A stretch of DNA of 64,000 nt from an uncultured Candidatus Saccharibacteria bacterium (GCA_964636285.1 CAZWQF010000004.1:67666-131665), one strand, 5' to 3'; numbered from the stretch's first letter, positions 29,809-39,401 are shown. Notes: generated by a model from the sequence alone, not told the origin. Numbers and translations are program-made.

Positions 29809-31407
29809 CTAAAGACCTGATGTGTGATAAATTTCTGGCACTCTCTGCTTAAAATCTATCGATTTATTATATATCCTAACATAATCCTTTGCACTTCTAG
29901 ACCACGAATAATCTTTTTGCATTGCGTTTACCTGAATCTGTCTCCAAACTTCCTTATGCCTGTAGGTCTCTACTGCTCGAACAAGCTGGCCATAAAAAGA
30001 AATTACGTTAAAGTCCTCGAATACAAAACCTGTTCCTGTTTTTGTCTCCGGGTCAAAGTCTTCAACCGTATCAGAAAGACCTCCAACTTTTCTTACAATT
30101 GGAATTGCACCGTACCTCATGGCTTCAAGCTGAACAATTCCGCAAGGCTCAAATCTTGAAGGGTACAAAATCATATCGCATCCCGAAAAAAGCATTCGTG
30201 GGAGAGTAAAGTTAGGCATTGTATGAACTCCTACGTTTTTTGGAAATGTTGCTTTGAGCTCTCGAGCCTTACCTGCAATACCTGTATCTCCTCCACCAAC
30301 TAATACAAACTGAACTCCAAATTCTCTGATAAGGTAACCTACCCCTTCGAGAACTAAATCTATGCCCTTTTGGAAATCAAGCCTACCTACAAACCCAAGC
30401 ATTGGAGTTGTCTCAGATACTTTCAGATCAAATTCTTTTTGAAGCGCAAGTTTGTTAGCAACTCTATTATCAAGAGTGCTAATGTCATAGTTCTTCTCTA
30501 TCAGTGGGTCACTTGATGGATTAAAGACTTCATAGTCTATTCCGTTTAACACACCATAAAGCTTTCCCCTAACTTCGGTTAAAAGCTTATCAAGCCCTTC
30601 GCCATATTGAGGCGTTAAAACTTCTCTAGAATAGGTTGGCGAAACAGTGACAAGCAAATCCGAATAGATAATTCCCCTCTTCATGAAGTTCTGCTTTGCA
30701 AGAGTGTCGCTAAAAAATGGTGCAATTGGAGACTTTCCATCATCAAAATCAAGCTCGCTTATGTTTCTTGGATCAAACATACCTTGATAGCTTAAATTGT
30801 GAATTGCAAGAATTGTAGAAATCTTTGAAAGCACGGGGTCGTGTGTGTATTCGGTTTTCAAATAATTTGGGAGGACTGCTGTGTGCCAGTCATTCACATG
30901 AATAACCTGAGGAATAAAGGTCTTTGTATCAGAGTCTAAAGCCTCATCTATGTGCTTCAAGAACTCAAGGGCACCTCTAGATAAAAGAACCCATCTTGTA
31001 GGATCATCGCTGTATCCATATACATTAGCTCTTTTCTCATAGTATTCCATGTTTTCCAAAAAATAGTTTGTAACACCATTTTTTAGCTTGTGCATTTTTA
31101 CATTACAGATAAGCTCTGGGGTTGAATGATCCCCTGTTGGAACTCTAAGCCCTTTAAGAACCATCTTTGTTTTAAATTTTTCCTCATCAAGAAATCCAAA
31201 TTTTGGAGTAAAAACTCGCACGTCATGACCAAGACTGACAAGTTCGGCTGAAAGAGACTCTATTACTCTTGAGAAACCGCCAACGGCAGCAAAAGGTGCA
31301 ACTTCAGCGGCCACTATCAATATTTTTAATGGGTTTGCTTCCTGATTTAATGGGGACTGTTTCAATACCACGTATAGATTGTAACTCAAAAACAAAAATA
31401 TTGACAA
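29809..31407 (-). CDS. Second GlgA-like alpha-glucan synthase (GT5/GT4), start uncertain
   Basis: LKILIVAAEVAPFAAVGGFS matches the GlgA N-terminus. No in-frame ATG near the 5' end; likely a GTG start around 31350. Confidence 0.75.
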   Translation of the reverse strand: MSIFLFLSYNLYVVLKQSPLNQEANPLKILIVAAEVAPFAAVGGFSRVIESLSAELVSLGHDVRVFTPKFGFLDEEKFKTKMVLKGLRVPTGDHSTPELICNVKMHKLKNGVTNYFLENMEYYEKRANVYGYSDDPTRWVLLSRGALEFLKHIDEALDSDTKTFIPQVIHVNDWHTAVLPNYLKTEYTHDPVLSKISTILAIHNLSYQGMFDPRNISELDFDDGKSPIAPFFSDTLAKQNFMKRGIIYSDLLVTVSPTYSREVLTPQYGEGLDKLLTEVRGKLYGVLNGIDYEVFNPSSDPLIEKNYDISTLDNRVANKLALQKEFDLKVSETTPMLGFVGRLDFQKGIDLVLEGVGYLIREFGVQFVLVGGGDTGIAGKARELKATFPKNVGVHTMPNFTLPRMLFSGCDMILYPSRFEPCGIVQLEAMRYGAIPIVRKVGGLSDTVEDFDPETKTGTGFVFEDFNVISFYGQLVRAVETYRHKEVWRQIQVNAMQKDYSWSRSAKDYVRIYNKSIDFKQRVPEIYHTSGL

Positions 31408-31437
31408 TAAAGTACTAAGTGCATTAGAGTAAACATA

Positions 31438-32112
31438 GTACGCTTTGAGAATCCGCTTTCATTAAGCGGTAAGGAGACAGCCATAGTACATGGAGTACTC
31501 ATTAGAAGCTCTTAGGCAGATACTCTTAAGATAAGATTTTTTTCACTGCCCTAGCCTGAAAGCCTCGTGATGATTATCGGCCCGGACTGCACCACGGTTC
31601 CAATTTTGGTGTGCTCCACATCCATGAGCTCGTTGAAACTTGAATAGCCTAAATCTGCAAATACTCAGAGGAAAAGCACTGTCCGATTTTTTAGTCAGTG
31701 TCCCCTCGCCCCAAATCCACGTCGCGTACCTTATCCTTCAGGCATAACTGGTATGATGACAAGTTTGGTCAAAGTATAGTCAGGAGAGGAGAGCTCTTTT
31801 GTAGCTGGATAGCTACTTAAAGCCCCCTAGCGGCACAGGTATATATTCATTCCCTAGAAAATTCTTTCATTTGGCAGTCAAATGTTGTTACTGTTAATTT
31901 GGTTGGTTTATCTTTTCACATCAAGTAAAGCATTTGGATTCGGCCCTATTTGGTATCCCAAGGCACGGTTAATTGTAAAAGCATGTATGCATTTGGTTTG
32001 ATTCGGTACATCCGGGTCCTAAGAGTCATGTTGAATCACAGTTTATGTAAGTTTCTACAACCAAAGTCAATTTTCCGTTTATGAGTGTGACCCCCGCGAG
32101 GGGGCTTTTTTC
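31438..32112 (+). ncRNA. Candidate ~680-nt non-coding RNA of unknown class
   Basis: No ORF of 60 aa or more on either strand across 780 bp, and GC is locally raised to ~45%. A plus-strand TTGACA (31401-31406) with an 18-nt spacer and TAGAGT (31425-31430) sits upstream. A plus-strand intrinsic terminator CCCCC-gcga-GGGGG then TTTTTT lies at 32091-32112. Only short ORFs (39 aa or less) lacking SD sites are present. Confidence 0.35.
32089..32112 (+). terminator. Plus-strand intrinsic terminator with no annotated plus-strand gene upstream
   Basis: GC stem followed by a U6 run on the plus strand only; the minus-strand reading lacks a U-run. Confidence 0.6.
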
Positions 32113-32187
32113 GTGCTTATTTTTGTATACATTTTGGAAAATTACTAGGTATGGAGCATTTAATGCGCAGATGAGGTACAGCAAAAA

Positions 32188-34086
32188 CTAGCTTTGAACC
32201 ATGTCAAGTTCGCCTGCCAACTCGTCCTCCCCACCATCAAGAAGATCTTTTCTAAGCCTCACAAGCGATACAACTTTAAGACCGTGCATTTCTTTTACAG
32301 TCTCAAAAATCACTTTATCGTCAGAGACAATAAGGCAAAGCTGAGCAGCATCTCTTTCACAAGGTTTAAGCTGAAGTGACTTTTCAAAAAATCCCCTGTG
32401 CTCGGGCTTTACATACGCATGAAGTATAGAGAAAGGTCGGATAGATTTATAAAGAGACATGCCAGCGTACATAGTGAAACAGTAAGGAATCATGGATGTG
32501 TTAGCAGACTTGTTAAGAGAGTGCGCAAGTTCTTTGAGACCTGACAAGCCACTTGTGTAGTAATTAAAAACACCATCACTTTTTTCAGGAGTTTTTATTT
32601 CCTGGGGCTTTTCAACTGGCTGAACTGGTTGTGCGGGTCTAATTTCAGAAACTCGTGCTGTTGCAGGCTGATACACCACTTCAGGTCTGGGCTCAGGTCT
32701 TACCTCCTGCTGAGGCGCTTGAGCTGGCTCTGGTCTTGGCTCAGGCTTATATTCAACCCTAGGCTCGGGCCTCTGAACTGGCGGAACCTGAGGTTGTTGA
32801 ACCTGCTGGGATGACTGAACCTGAGGTTGCTGAACAAACTGCGGAATCTGATTTGCCGAAACAGGTTGAGGTACAGGCTGTGGTTGCGCCTGCTGTGCAT
32901 ACCTTTGAGCCAAAGCCTCCCTATCCTGTTTAACTTTCATTTCCCATGTCATTTGATTTGTCATTGCGGGTTCCGTGTTTTGTGGACCCACTGGAGCTGT
33001 TGCCTGAGCCTGCTGCTGGGGGGTCTGACCAACCTGTGAAGCCTGGACGGGCTGACCTTGTTGACCCATCTCTGCCTTTGACTTCTCAAGTTCTGCCTTT
33101 GCAGCCTTAAACCTTGCTAACCAATCTACGGCAACTGGTTTTTCCTCTACAGGAGGCTGGGGTACAAAAGCAGGTTGCGGCTGTTGAACCACCTGCGGTT
33201 GTGTCTGAGGTTGATAAGGCATTTGCTGTGCTTGAGGCATCTGTGGCATAGGCTGAACCGTAGCCTGATACTGCGGGACGCGCTGGTAACCCTGTTGATC
33301 GTATGGATAAGCTCCAGAATTTGGCATTTGAGCGAATGGGGTGGGCTGACCAAAGTTCTGCGCAGGATTATGCATAGGGTTCTGCATAGAATTTTGACCC
33401 TGATCGTGCTTCAAAAAGTCCATAGGTTCATCCATATCCTGACCTCCCGTAGTCTGCTGAGCAAAAGGCGGAACCTGATGCGTAGGATTCATTGTTGGAG
33501 GCACCGCTGGAAACACTGGCTGAGAAACTCCCTGCCTGCTAAGTCTTGCTTTTTGAGCCTCTCTAAATTTGGCTAACCAATCAATAGGCTCTTCTGGTTG
33601 AGCATTCGGTTGAGGTACTTGCTGGGAAATTGGCTGGGAGCCTACTTGTGAGTAAGGACGTGCAACTGGCGAAGCAAAACCTTGATTCGTCTGACCAATA
33701 GGATTCAAGGGCTCTAGGTAATCCGATTCTTTGTAACTTGCGGCTTTACTTGCAATGTCACTTACTTTTGCTCCTGTCTGAGGTCTTACAAAATCTTCTT
33801 TTACCAATTCATGATCTGTCCTGCTGTCTACCTCAACTCTTAAATCTGTCTCAAAAGGCTTACTTCTATCTTGGGAATCCGGATATAAAAATTCTAAAAT
33901 GTTATTTTTTGAAAATCTGTGCCTTCCAGTTGCTGTTTTAATATCTGCTTTAAGGCTACCCTCTTCAAGGTATCTATAAACAGATCTTAGGCTTACCCCA
34001 AGTATATCGGCAACTTCAGTGCTTGAATAAAGTCTATCTTCAAGATTCATAGTTCCCAATGTGACATAAGTTGAAAATGATGTCAA
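32188..34086 (-). CDS. HTH (MerR/excisionase-like) protein with long Pro/Gln-rich disordered region and a C-terminal globular domain
   Basis: N-terminal STEVADILGVSLRSVYRYLEEGSLKADIKTATGRHRFSKNNI is the same HTH type as in the giant proteins. Duplicated motif PIDWLAKFREAQKARL (~33570-33600) and VAVDWLARFKAAKAEL (~33105-33145). No TM. Confidence 0.7.
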   Translation of the reverse strand: MTSFSTYVTLGTMNLEDRLYSSTEVADILGVSLRSVYRYLEEGSLKADIKTATGRHRFSKNNILEFLYPDSQDRSKPFETDLRVEVDSRTDHELVKEDFVRPQTGAKVSDIASKAASYKESDYLEPLNPIGQTNQGFASPVARPYSQVGSQPISQQVPQPNAQPEEPIDWLAKFREAQKARLSRQGVSQPVFPAVPPTMNPTHQVPPFAQQTTGGQDMDEPMDFLKHDQGQNSMQNPMHNPAQNFGQPTPFAQMPNSGAYPYDQQGYQRVPQYQATVQPMPQMPQAQQMPYQPQTQPQVVQQPQPAFVPQPPVEEKPVAVDWLARFKAAKAELEKSKAEMGQQGQPVQASQVGQTPQQQAQATAPVGPQNTEPAMTNQMTWEMKVKQDREALAQRYAQQAQPQPVPQPVSANQIPQFVQQPQVQSSQQVQQPQVPPVQRPEPRVEYKPEPRPEPAQAPQQEVRPEPRPEVVYQPATARVSEIRPAQPVQPVEKPQEIKTPEKSDGVFNYYTSGLSGLKELAHSLNKSANTSMIPYCFTMYAGMSLYKSIRPFSILHAYVKPEHRGFFEKSLQLKPCERDAAQLCLIVSDDKVIFETVKEMHGLKVVSLVRLRKDLLDGGEDELAGELDMVQS

Positions 34087-34117
34087 TGCTATACAAGCAA
34101 AATGCTGCCACAGAGCC

Positions 34118-35125
34118 TTAATTAGACCTAAGCTGAAAGCTGTTCTTGTTCTTTATGCTGTCAAAATACACTAATATAGGAAAATAAGGGAAAGCTTTGA
34201 GAATTCGCTTAAATCTAGCCATACTAGGCTCCTGAAGAAGCCTAAAAATCCATTCAAGCCCAAGCTTCTGCACAAACACAGGGGCTCTTTTTTTTGAGCC
34301 TCGAATGAAGTCAAAAGTACCCCCAACACCCGCAATTACCTTAAAGGGCAAATCATTTTTGTGCTTTTGAATCCAAAACTCCTGCCTTTTGTGCCCTGTC
34401 CCTACAAACACAAAGTCTACAGTATTAAGCTGGTATTTAGCTAAATCAGAAAGGATTTTACTCTTAACAAGCTCAAAATCTACATCCTTCATTCGACCAA
34501 AGTTCTCAGAAACTGCCGTATCTTTTGAGCCTGAACTAGCCTGAAATGAGTCCAAACCCACTTCTTGCCTACAACTGACACTACCAACTAGCTTTGCATT
34601 AGGAAATTCCTTTTGTAGAGCCTTAAAAGCCTCGTTCGCACTCTCAATACCCGACTGATACCTTGTACCTATAAAATAGAAGGTTTTATCAGGGTAAGAA
34701 GAGATGAGGTCTTTAACCAGATTAGACCCTTGGTACCTTTCAAACTCGTAGTTTCTACCCTCCAAACTCAGTAAAGAAACTTCAGAGTGAAAACTATGAC
34801 AAACAACATTTAGAGCCTCAAATAAGCCTAGAATCGGCTTTAGCAACTCTACTTTGCAAGAGCTTATTTTTGACAAGTAAATGAGGGCAAGTTCTAGACC
34901 TTTTCCGTCAACCAAGGACAAATCCGCCTGATTTAGGGCCTCACAAAACAGTGGGTCAGACTGAGCATCCACAACAATTTCAGGATTAGGCGTAAAAACG
35001 GTATAACCACGAACGCTATCTCCAAGCTGACCAAGCATATCAAGAACTAATTTCTTTGTTAAAAGATCAACAGGAACTTTTAAGATTTTTACCCTATTTT
35101 CATGTAACTTCATACTATTTGTCAT
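34118..35125 (-). CDS. WecB/TagA/CpsF family glycosyltransferase (GT26)
   Basis: C-terminal signature LGLEWIFRLLQEPSMARFKRILKAFPYF (GLEW...EP.R..RY), 335 aa. Confidence 0.85.
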   Translation of the reverse strand: MTNSMKLHENRVKILKVPVDLLTKKLVLDMLGQLGDSVRGYTVFTPNPEIVVDAQSDPLFCEALNQADLSLVDGKGLELALIYLSKISSCKVELLKPILGLFEALNVVCHSFHSEVSLLSLEGRNYEFERYQGSNLVKDLISSYPDKTFYFIGTRYQSGIESANEAFKALQKEFPNAKLVGSVSCRQEVGLDSFQASSGSKDTAVSENFGRMKDVDFELVKSKILSDLAKYQLNTVDFVFVGTGHKRQEFWIQKHKNDLPFKVIAGVGGTFDFIRGSKKRAPVFVQKLGLEWIFRLLQEPSMARFKRILKAFPYFPILVYFDSIKNKNSFQLRSN

Positions 35126-35142
35126 ATATTTACATGTTATTG

Positions 35143-36147
35143 CTACTTCTTGGTGAGGCTTTTGTTGTACAGCTCAAGGTTATCAAGAGCTATTGCAATA
35201 CCTTTTACAACACACAAAAGTGGGCTATCAGCAACGTGCGCTGGTACAGATGTGGCCTGAGAAATAAAGGAGTCCAGATTCCTGAGCTGGCTAGTTCCCC
35301 CGCTAAGTACAAAACCCTTATCCAAAATATCAGACGACAACTCAGGGGGTGTCTGTTCCAAAACCGACCTAATTGCAGACACTATCTGAGACAAGGGGCT
35401 CTGAATTGCTTGGCTGATTTCAGTGGATGTAACAGTAATAGTTTTGGGTAAACCGGAGATAAAATCCCGCCCCCTAACCTCTAGTGTCTCTTCTTTAGCC
35501 AAAGGATAGGCACTTCCTATCGTTTTTTTCACGTCCTCAGCGGTCTTATCGCCTACCAGCAGTCCGTGCTTTCGCCTGATATGTTGGCTTATAGCCTCAT
35601 CTATCTTGTTTCCAGCCACCCTAATACTTCCGTAAGCCACCAAACCATATAGCGAGATAACGGCTATTTCGCTTGTCCCACCTCCAATATTTACAATCAT
35701 ATTGCCCGAAGGCTCTGAAATAGGAAGCCCCGTCCCAATCGCTGCAGCAAGAGGCTCAGGAATCAAATAGGCACTTTTTGCTCCAGCAGAATAAGCCGCA
35801 TCAAGCACAGCCCTAGCCTCAACTGAGGTAACCCCAGCAGGCACGGAAACCATCACATCAGGCCTAAAGAGCCTAGATCCCCCTATCGATTTGTTAATGA
35901 AATACCTAAGCATTGCCTCAGTTACGGCATAATCTGCAATAACACCATCCCTTAAAGGTCTACAGGCCGTAATGCCCTCAGGGGTTTTTCCAAGCATATC
36001 CCTAGCATCGTTACCCACGGCCACAACTCTCCCGTCGTCATCTGAAACAGCCACAACTGTAGGCTCATTCAGAACGATGCCCCTTCCAAGAACATACACC
36101 AAAGAGTTTGCGGTGCCTAAATCTATTGCAATTCGTTTTCCAAACAT
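35143..36147 (-). CDS. mreB: Rod-shape determining actin homolog MreB
   Basis: IAIDLGTANSLVYV N-terminus and actin-fold motifs throughout, 334 aa. Confidence 0.9.
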   Translation of the reverse strand: MFGKRIAIDLGTANSLVYVLGRGIVLNEPTVVAVSDDDGRVVAVGNDARDMLGKTPEGITACRPLRDGVIADYAVTEAMLRYFINKSIGGSRLFRPDVMVSVPAGVTSVEARAVLDAAYSAGAKSAYLIPEPLAAAIGTGLPISEPSGNMIVNIGGGTSEIAVISLYGLVAYGSIRVAGNKIDEAISQHIRRKHGLLVGDKTAEDVKKTIGSAYPLAKEETLEVRGRDFISGLPKTITVTSTEISQAIQSPLSQIVSAIRSVLEQTPPELSSDILDKGFVLSGGTSQLRNLDSFISQATSVPAHVADSPLLCVVKGIAIALDNLELYNKSLTKK

Positions 36148-36263
36148 TCGATACCTATTATAAATGGAATATTGAAAATTTACATGGTAGTATATATCCA
36201 GACCTCAGTAATTTTTATATAAAAGGAACAAGGAAAGTTTCAAAAACAACCTAATTAAAATAT

Positions 36264-37526
36264 ATGAGCAAAACATCCATTATTACTGCTGTTTCAGCCC
36301 TTGTGCTTGTGGGAGCAACTGTTGGAGTGTACATGTACACATCCGGCCTAAGAATAGACAAAAAAGGTGAGCTAAAATCCACAGGTATGGTTGCTGTAAA
36401 GTCAGTACCGAACGGAGCAAATGTTTATCTTAACGACGAACTTACCACAGCCACAGACGGTAGCGTTCAGGGTCTAAATCCCGGAAAATACAACCTTAAA
36501 GTGGTAAAAAACGGATTCACCACATGGGAAAAAGAAATCGAAGTTTTTGAACAACTTGTTACCGACATCACCGCAGTTCTAGTTTCTAAAACACCAAGGC
36601 TTGAACCTCTTACAAATACAGGAGCAAGAAATCCCGTAATCTCCCCTTCGTTAACCAAAATCGCCTATTTTACAAAAGATGGAGAAAATCCAGGAGTCTG
36701 GGTTTATCCACTTGGAGGCAATCTTCAGGTCAACCTTTTCAAAAACTCACCCGGAGTAGTTCTTGAAGACACAGCAAAAGCAATTTACTCAAACGGCGAG
36801 GCAATTGAATGGAGCCCAGATGAAAGAGAGATCCTTGTTACACTTAGTGATTCAAAATCAATGGGACTTTTTAGCAGGACAGCACTACCGGTTGCTAAAG
36901 AAGCTGGAGCAACTGCAACACCAACCCCTACCCCAACAATAAACCCATTAAAACCAGCTGTTCCTGATGTCAAAAAGTTCTTTATTGTGAAGCTTGATAA
37001 ACAAGTTGCAGAGTCTACATCAAGCGCAGAGCTCACAAGAGCTGGCTGGAAAAATGATGTTGCCCAAAAAAGAGAGCTCTTCCTCTCAAAACTTCAGCTA
37101 GAGGACCAAGTAACCAAACTTGCAAACGATCCCGGCTCAGTTTGGTCACCAGATGAAAAGAAATTCCTTTATAAAGAAGAATTTGGAGACGAGGTTGTAT
37201 ATAAAGTTTATAACCTTGAAAAACCACTTCCAGTAGGCGAAAAGACAAACTACACCGTATTCTCAGTCAAAAAGACGGAGATGCAACCAAAAATATACTG
37301 GTATTCAGATAGCTTTCACTTGATTTTGGTATCAGGAGATGTTGAGAAGGAGAAAAAAGGAACCATATACCTTGTCAGAATCGACGGAACAAACAAAGTT
37401 GAGCTATACAATAACACTTTGTACTCGGATATTGCCTACTCTACGCCAAGCGGAGACAAGATTGTAATCCTAGCTGGATTCAAGTCTGATGGTCAGCCAG
37501 ACCTATACGCAATTGGAATCAGGTAA
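36264..37526 (+). CDS. Membrane-anchored PEGA-domain protein with TolB-like beta-propeller repeats
   Basis: N-terminal TM; PEGA-like VAVKSVPNGANVYLNDELTTATDGSVQGLNPGKYNLKVVKNGFTTWEKEIEV; repeated WSPDE.. motifs. Confidence 0.65.
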   Translation: MSKTSIITAVSALVLVGATVGVYMYTSGLRIDKKGELKSTGMVAVKSVPNGANVYLNDELTTATDGSVQGLNPGKYNLKVVKNGFTTWEKEIEVFEQLVTDITAVLVSKTPRLEPLTNTGARNPVISPSLTKIAYFTKDGENPGVWVYPLGGNLQVNLFKNSPGVVLEDTAKAIYSNGEAIEWSPDEREILVTLSDSKSMGLFSRTALPVAKEAGATATPTPTPTINPLKPAVPDVKKFFIVKLDKQVAESTSSAELTRAGWKNDVAQKRELFLSKLQLEDQVTKLANDPGSVWSPDEKKFLYKEEFGDEVVYKVYNLEKPLPVGEKTNYTVFSVKKTEMQPKIYWYSDSFHLILVSGDVEKEKKGTIYLVRIDGTNKVELYNNTLYSDIAYSTPSGDKIVILAGFKSDGQPDLYAIGIR

Positions 37527-37588
37527 GCAAAAATACAATTCTAAATCAAAATTAAATTGTTAGCGTAATAGCAGCCGTACTTTGTTGA

Positions 37589-38260
37589 TTATTGTACTTT
37601 TATAAGTCTTGAGGTAACTACAAGCCTGTTAAATGTAGTTCCCGGAGGGTCACATGTCTGCAATGTTAATGTTGGCTCAAGAACGGTTCTAGTTAACGAA
37701 TAAGTATTCCACCCACTTACAACTTCTTTACCAAGAACTTCGTAAATATAATCCTTGTTCTGATAAAAAAGGTGGACTTGATCGCCTTTATCAAGCTTCC
37801 TTAATAAATTAAAAACAGCCGCGTATTTTGAGAACCTAAAAAACCCAAGTGACGAATGGGCAAAGATGTACACGTTTCCCTTTTCGCCTGGCAAAGCAGT
37901 TCCTACTGCGTGCGCAACACCGTTATCAAGTGACTTCATGTACTCATTTTCATCTGTCACAGAAACATTTTTAACAACTGGTGCGCTAACTCCAATCTTT
38001 TCAATCGCAATTGAAAAATCTGAATTAACAGGCTGAAGTGGCAAAGGACCGCTCTTTAAATACTGAGAAAACACACTTACATTGTCAGGTTTTTGAACGG
38101 TTTTTGCGGTGAGAGTGTAGGTCATTTTCCTAAGCTTCATGATCTGGTACCACACTTCCCCGCCAATGATTGGTAGGTAGGTATAACCCAAAATCACAAA
38201 CCCTCCAAGAATGAGGGCATTTGCAACGAGCCTAGCAACAAAGAGTTTTATTTTTCCCAT
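37589..38260 (-). CDS. Sortase family transpeptidase
   Basis: N-terminal TM anchor, conserved His (YIFAHS) and catalytic TLQTC motif, 223 aa. Confidence 0.8.
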   Translation of the reverse strand: MGKIKLFVARLVANALILGGFVILGYTYLPIIGGEVWYQIMKLRKMTYTLTAKTVQKPDNVSVFSQYLKSGPLPLQPVNSDFSIAIEKIGVSAPVVKNVSVTDENEYMKSLDNGVAHAVGTALPGEKGNVYIFAHSSLGFFRFSKYAAVFNLLRKLDKGDQVHLFYQNKDYIYEVLGKEVVSGWNTYSLTRTVLEPTLTLQTCDPPGTTFNRLVVTSRLIKVQ

Positions 38261-38266
38261 AAAGTT

Positions 38267-38342
38267 TGGTCGGAGTGTCCGGACTTGAACCGGAAACCTC
38301 TGCTTCCCGAAAGCAGCGCGCTACCAATTGCGCTACACCCCG
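38267..38342 (-). tRNA. tRNA-Pro (anticodon CGG), CCA encoded
   Basis: Reverse complement folds as a 76-nt cloverleaf with a 7-bp acceptor stem (CGGGGTG/CACTCCG). D-arm is GCGC-AATTGGTA-GCGC and the anticodon arm is CTGCT-TTCGGGA-AGCAG. T-arm is TCCGG-TTCAAGT-CCGGA, followed by discriminator A and CCA. Confidence 0.85.
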
Positions 38343-38345
38343 AAA

Positions 38346-39401
38346 TTACTTGCGGAATCTTCTTTCAAGTAGCTTAAATATTATCACTAGTGCTACTACA
38401 AGTGCCACTATACTTATTAAAAGCTGTAACGGCGTAGAACTTCCAAAGGTAAAAAAGCTTGCCTTTGTCTCCAAAAACTTGTCTCCAGCCTCCCCATACC
38501 TCAAAACAATTTTGGCATTATACATGCCAGGACTGACAAATGCCCTTAAAACAGTGAGCTTAATATCAAAAGCCCTGATTGTCTCTGGCAAAACAAGAAG
38601 TGACCCTTCGTTTAAAATGCCTTTTGCAACCAGCTCTCCAAACACGTCTCTAACTTCAACACTTCCATGAGGGGTAAGTTGAACATTCCCTGTATTCTTA
38701 AATCTCAAACTATAAGATTCTGGAAAAAGATAATCCCCCATTCGTTTAGGTGTAAAACTTGAGACCTCCCCTTGCTCCATTGCAGACTCAGTACCTCCAC
38801 TCACAAATACAAGCGTTGCAAGAATGCTCTTAACTGACACCGACCCACTTTTTTCACTCTCAAGCGGTATGATTTGCCCCAAGATGCTTGCGTAGTGACC
38901 ACCCTGACTCAGTCTATCCTTTTCAAAAAAAACTTTAACCTTGGCCGTCTCAAGAGGTCCAAGTGTGACCGATTCTCTATCAAACTTAATCCAAGACGCT
39001 AGAGAATACTTGTAGTTCTGAGAATCTTTTTTGTCCAAAAATTTAACCTTCCACCCGTCCTCCATTTCGGTAAAGTCAGATGCGGAAAATCTTATCTCAA
39101 TATTTGAGTTTGTGTTGTTCTCATAAAGAATTTCTGTGCTTGTTGATTTTGAAAGATCTAGTTTAATAATCGAAGGGGTAACGCTCACGCCTTTTTCTGC
39201 TATGGCTGGAGCCGACTTGGCGGACTTTGTAGACTCATCATCACTTAACTTTGTTTGAAGCAAAACTGGAACTTCATCCTCAGCATGCGCAGTAGGGAGC
39301 AACCCCAGAAGCAGAGATCCTGGAAGCGAAGCCCCCAGAAGTACCAAGCCAAGTGCAAGGGCAGCAAAATATGTAAGGGCAAGCGCATTTAGCTTCTTCA
39401 C
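38346..39401 (-). CDS. Secreted surface protein with N-terminal signal peptide and C-terminal TM anchor (paralog A)
   Basis: Signal peptide, then beta-rich ectodomain, then C-terminal TM LLISIVALVVALVIIF plus a basic tail. Architecture resembles DUF916-type Gram-positive surface proteins. Confidence 0.6.
   Translation of the reverse strand: MKKLNALALTYFAALALGLVLLGASLPGSLLLGLLPTAHAEDEVPVLLQTKLSDDESTKSAKSAPAIAEKGVSVTPSIIKLDLSKSTSTEILYENNTNSNIEIRFSASDFTEMEDGWKVKFLDKKDSQNYKYSLASWIKFDRESVTLGPLETAKVKVFFEKDRLSQGGHYASILGQIIPLESEKSGSVSVKSILATLVFVSGGTESAMEQGEVSSFTPKRMGDYLFPESYSLRFKNTGNVQLTPHGSVEVRDVFGELVAKGILNEGSLLVLPETIRAFDIKLTVLRAFVSPGMYNAKIVLRYGEAGDKFLETKASFFTFGSSTPLQLLISIVALVVALVIIFKLLERRFRK

Noticed and set aside
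31560-31600. RNase P RNA-like motif on the minus strand (GCAGUCCGGGCC ... CUAGGGCAGUGAAA)
   Set aside because: It resembles the P4/CR-I region. However, the partner P4 strand and CR-IV/V motifs were not found, and the downstream CDS starts only ~180 nt away. It is insufficient for an RNase P call and is retained only as a note within the ncRNA candidate.
38266-38670. Plus-strand 134-aa ORF
   Set aside because: It overlaps the minus-strand tRNA-Pro and the 3' end of the surface-protein gene 38346..39401. The tRNA cloverleaf is unambiguous, so the ORF is spurious.
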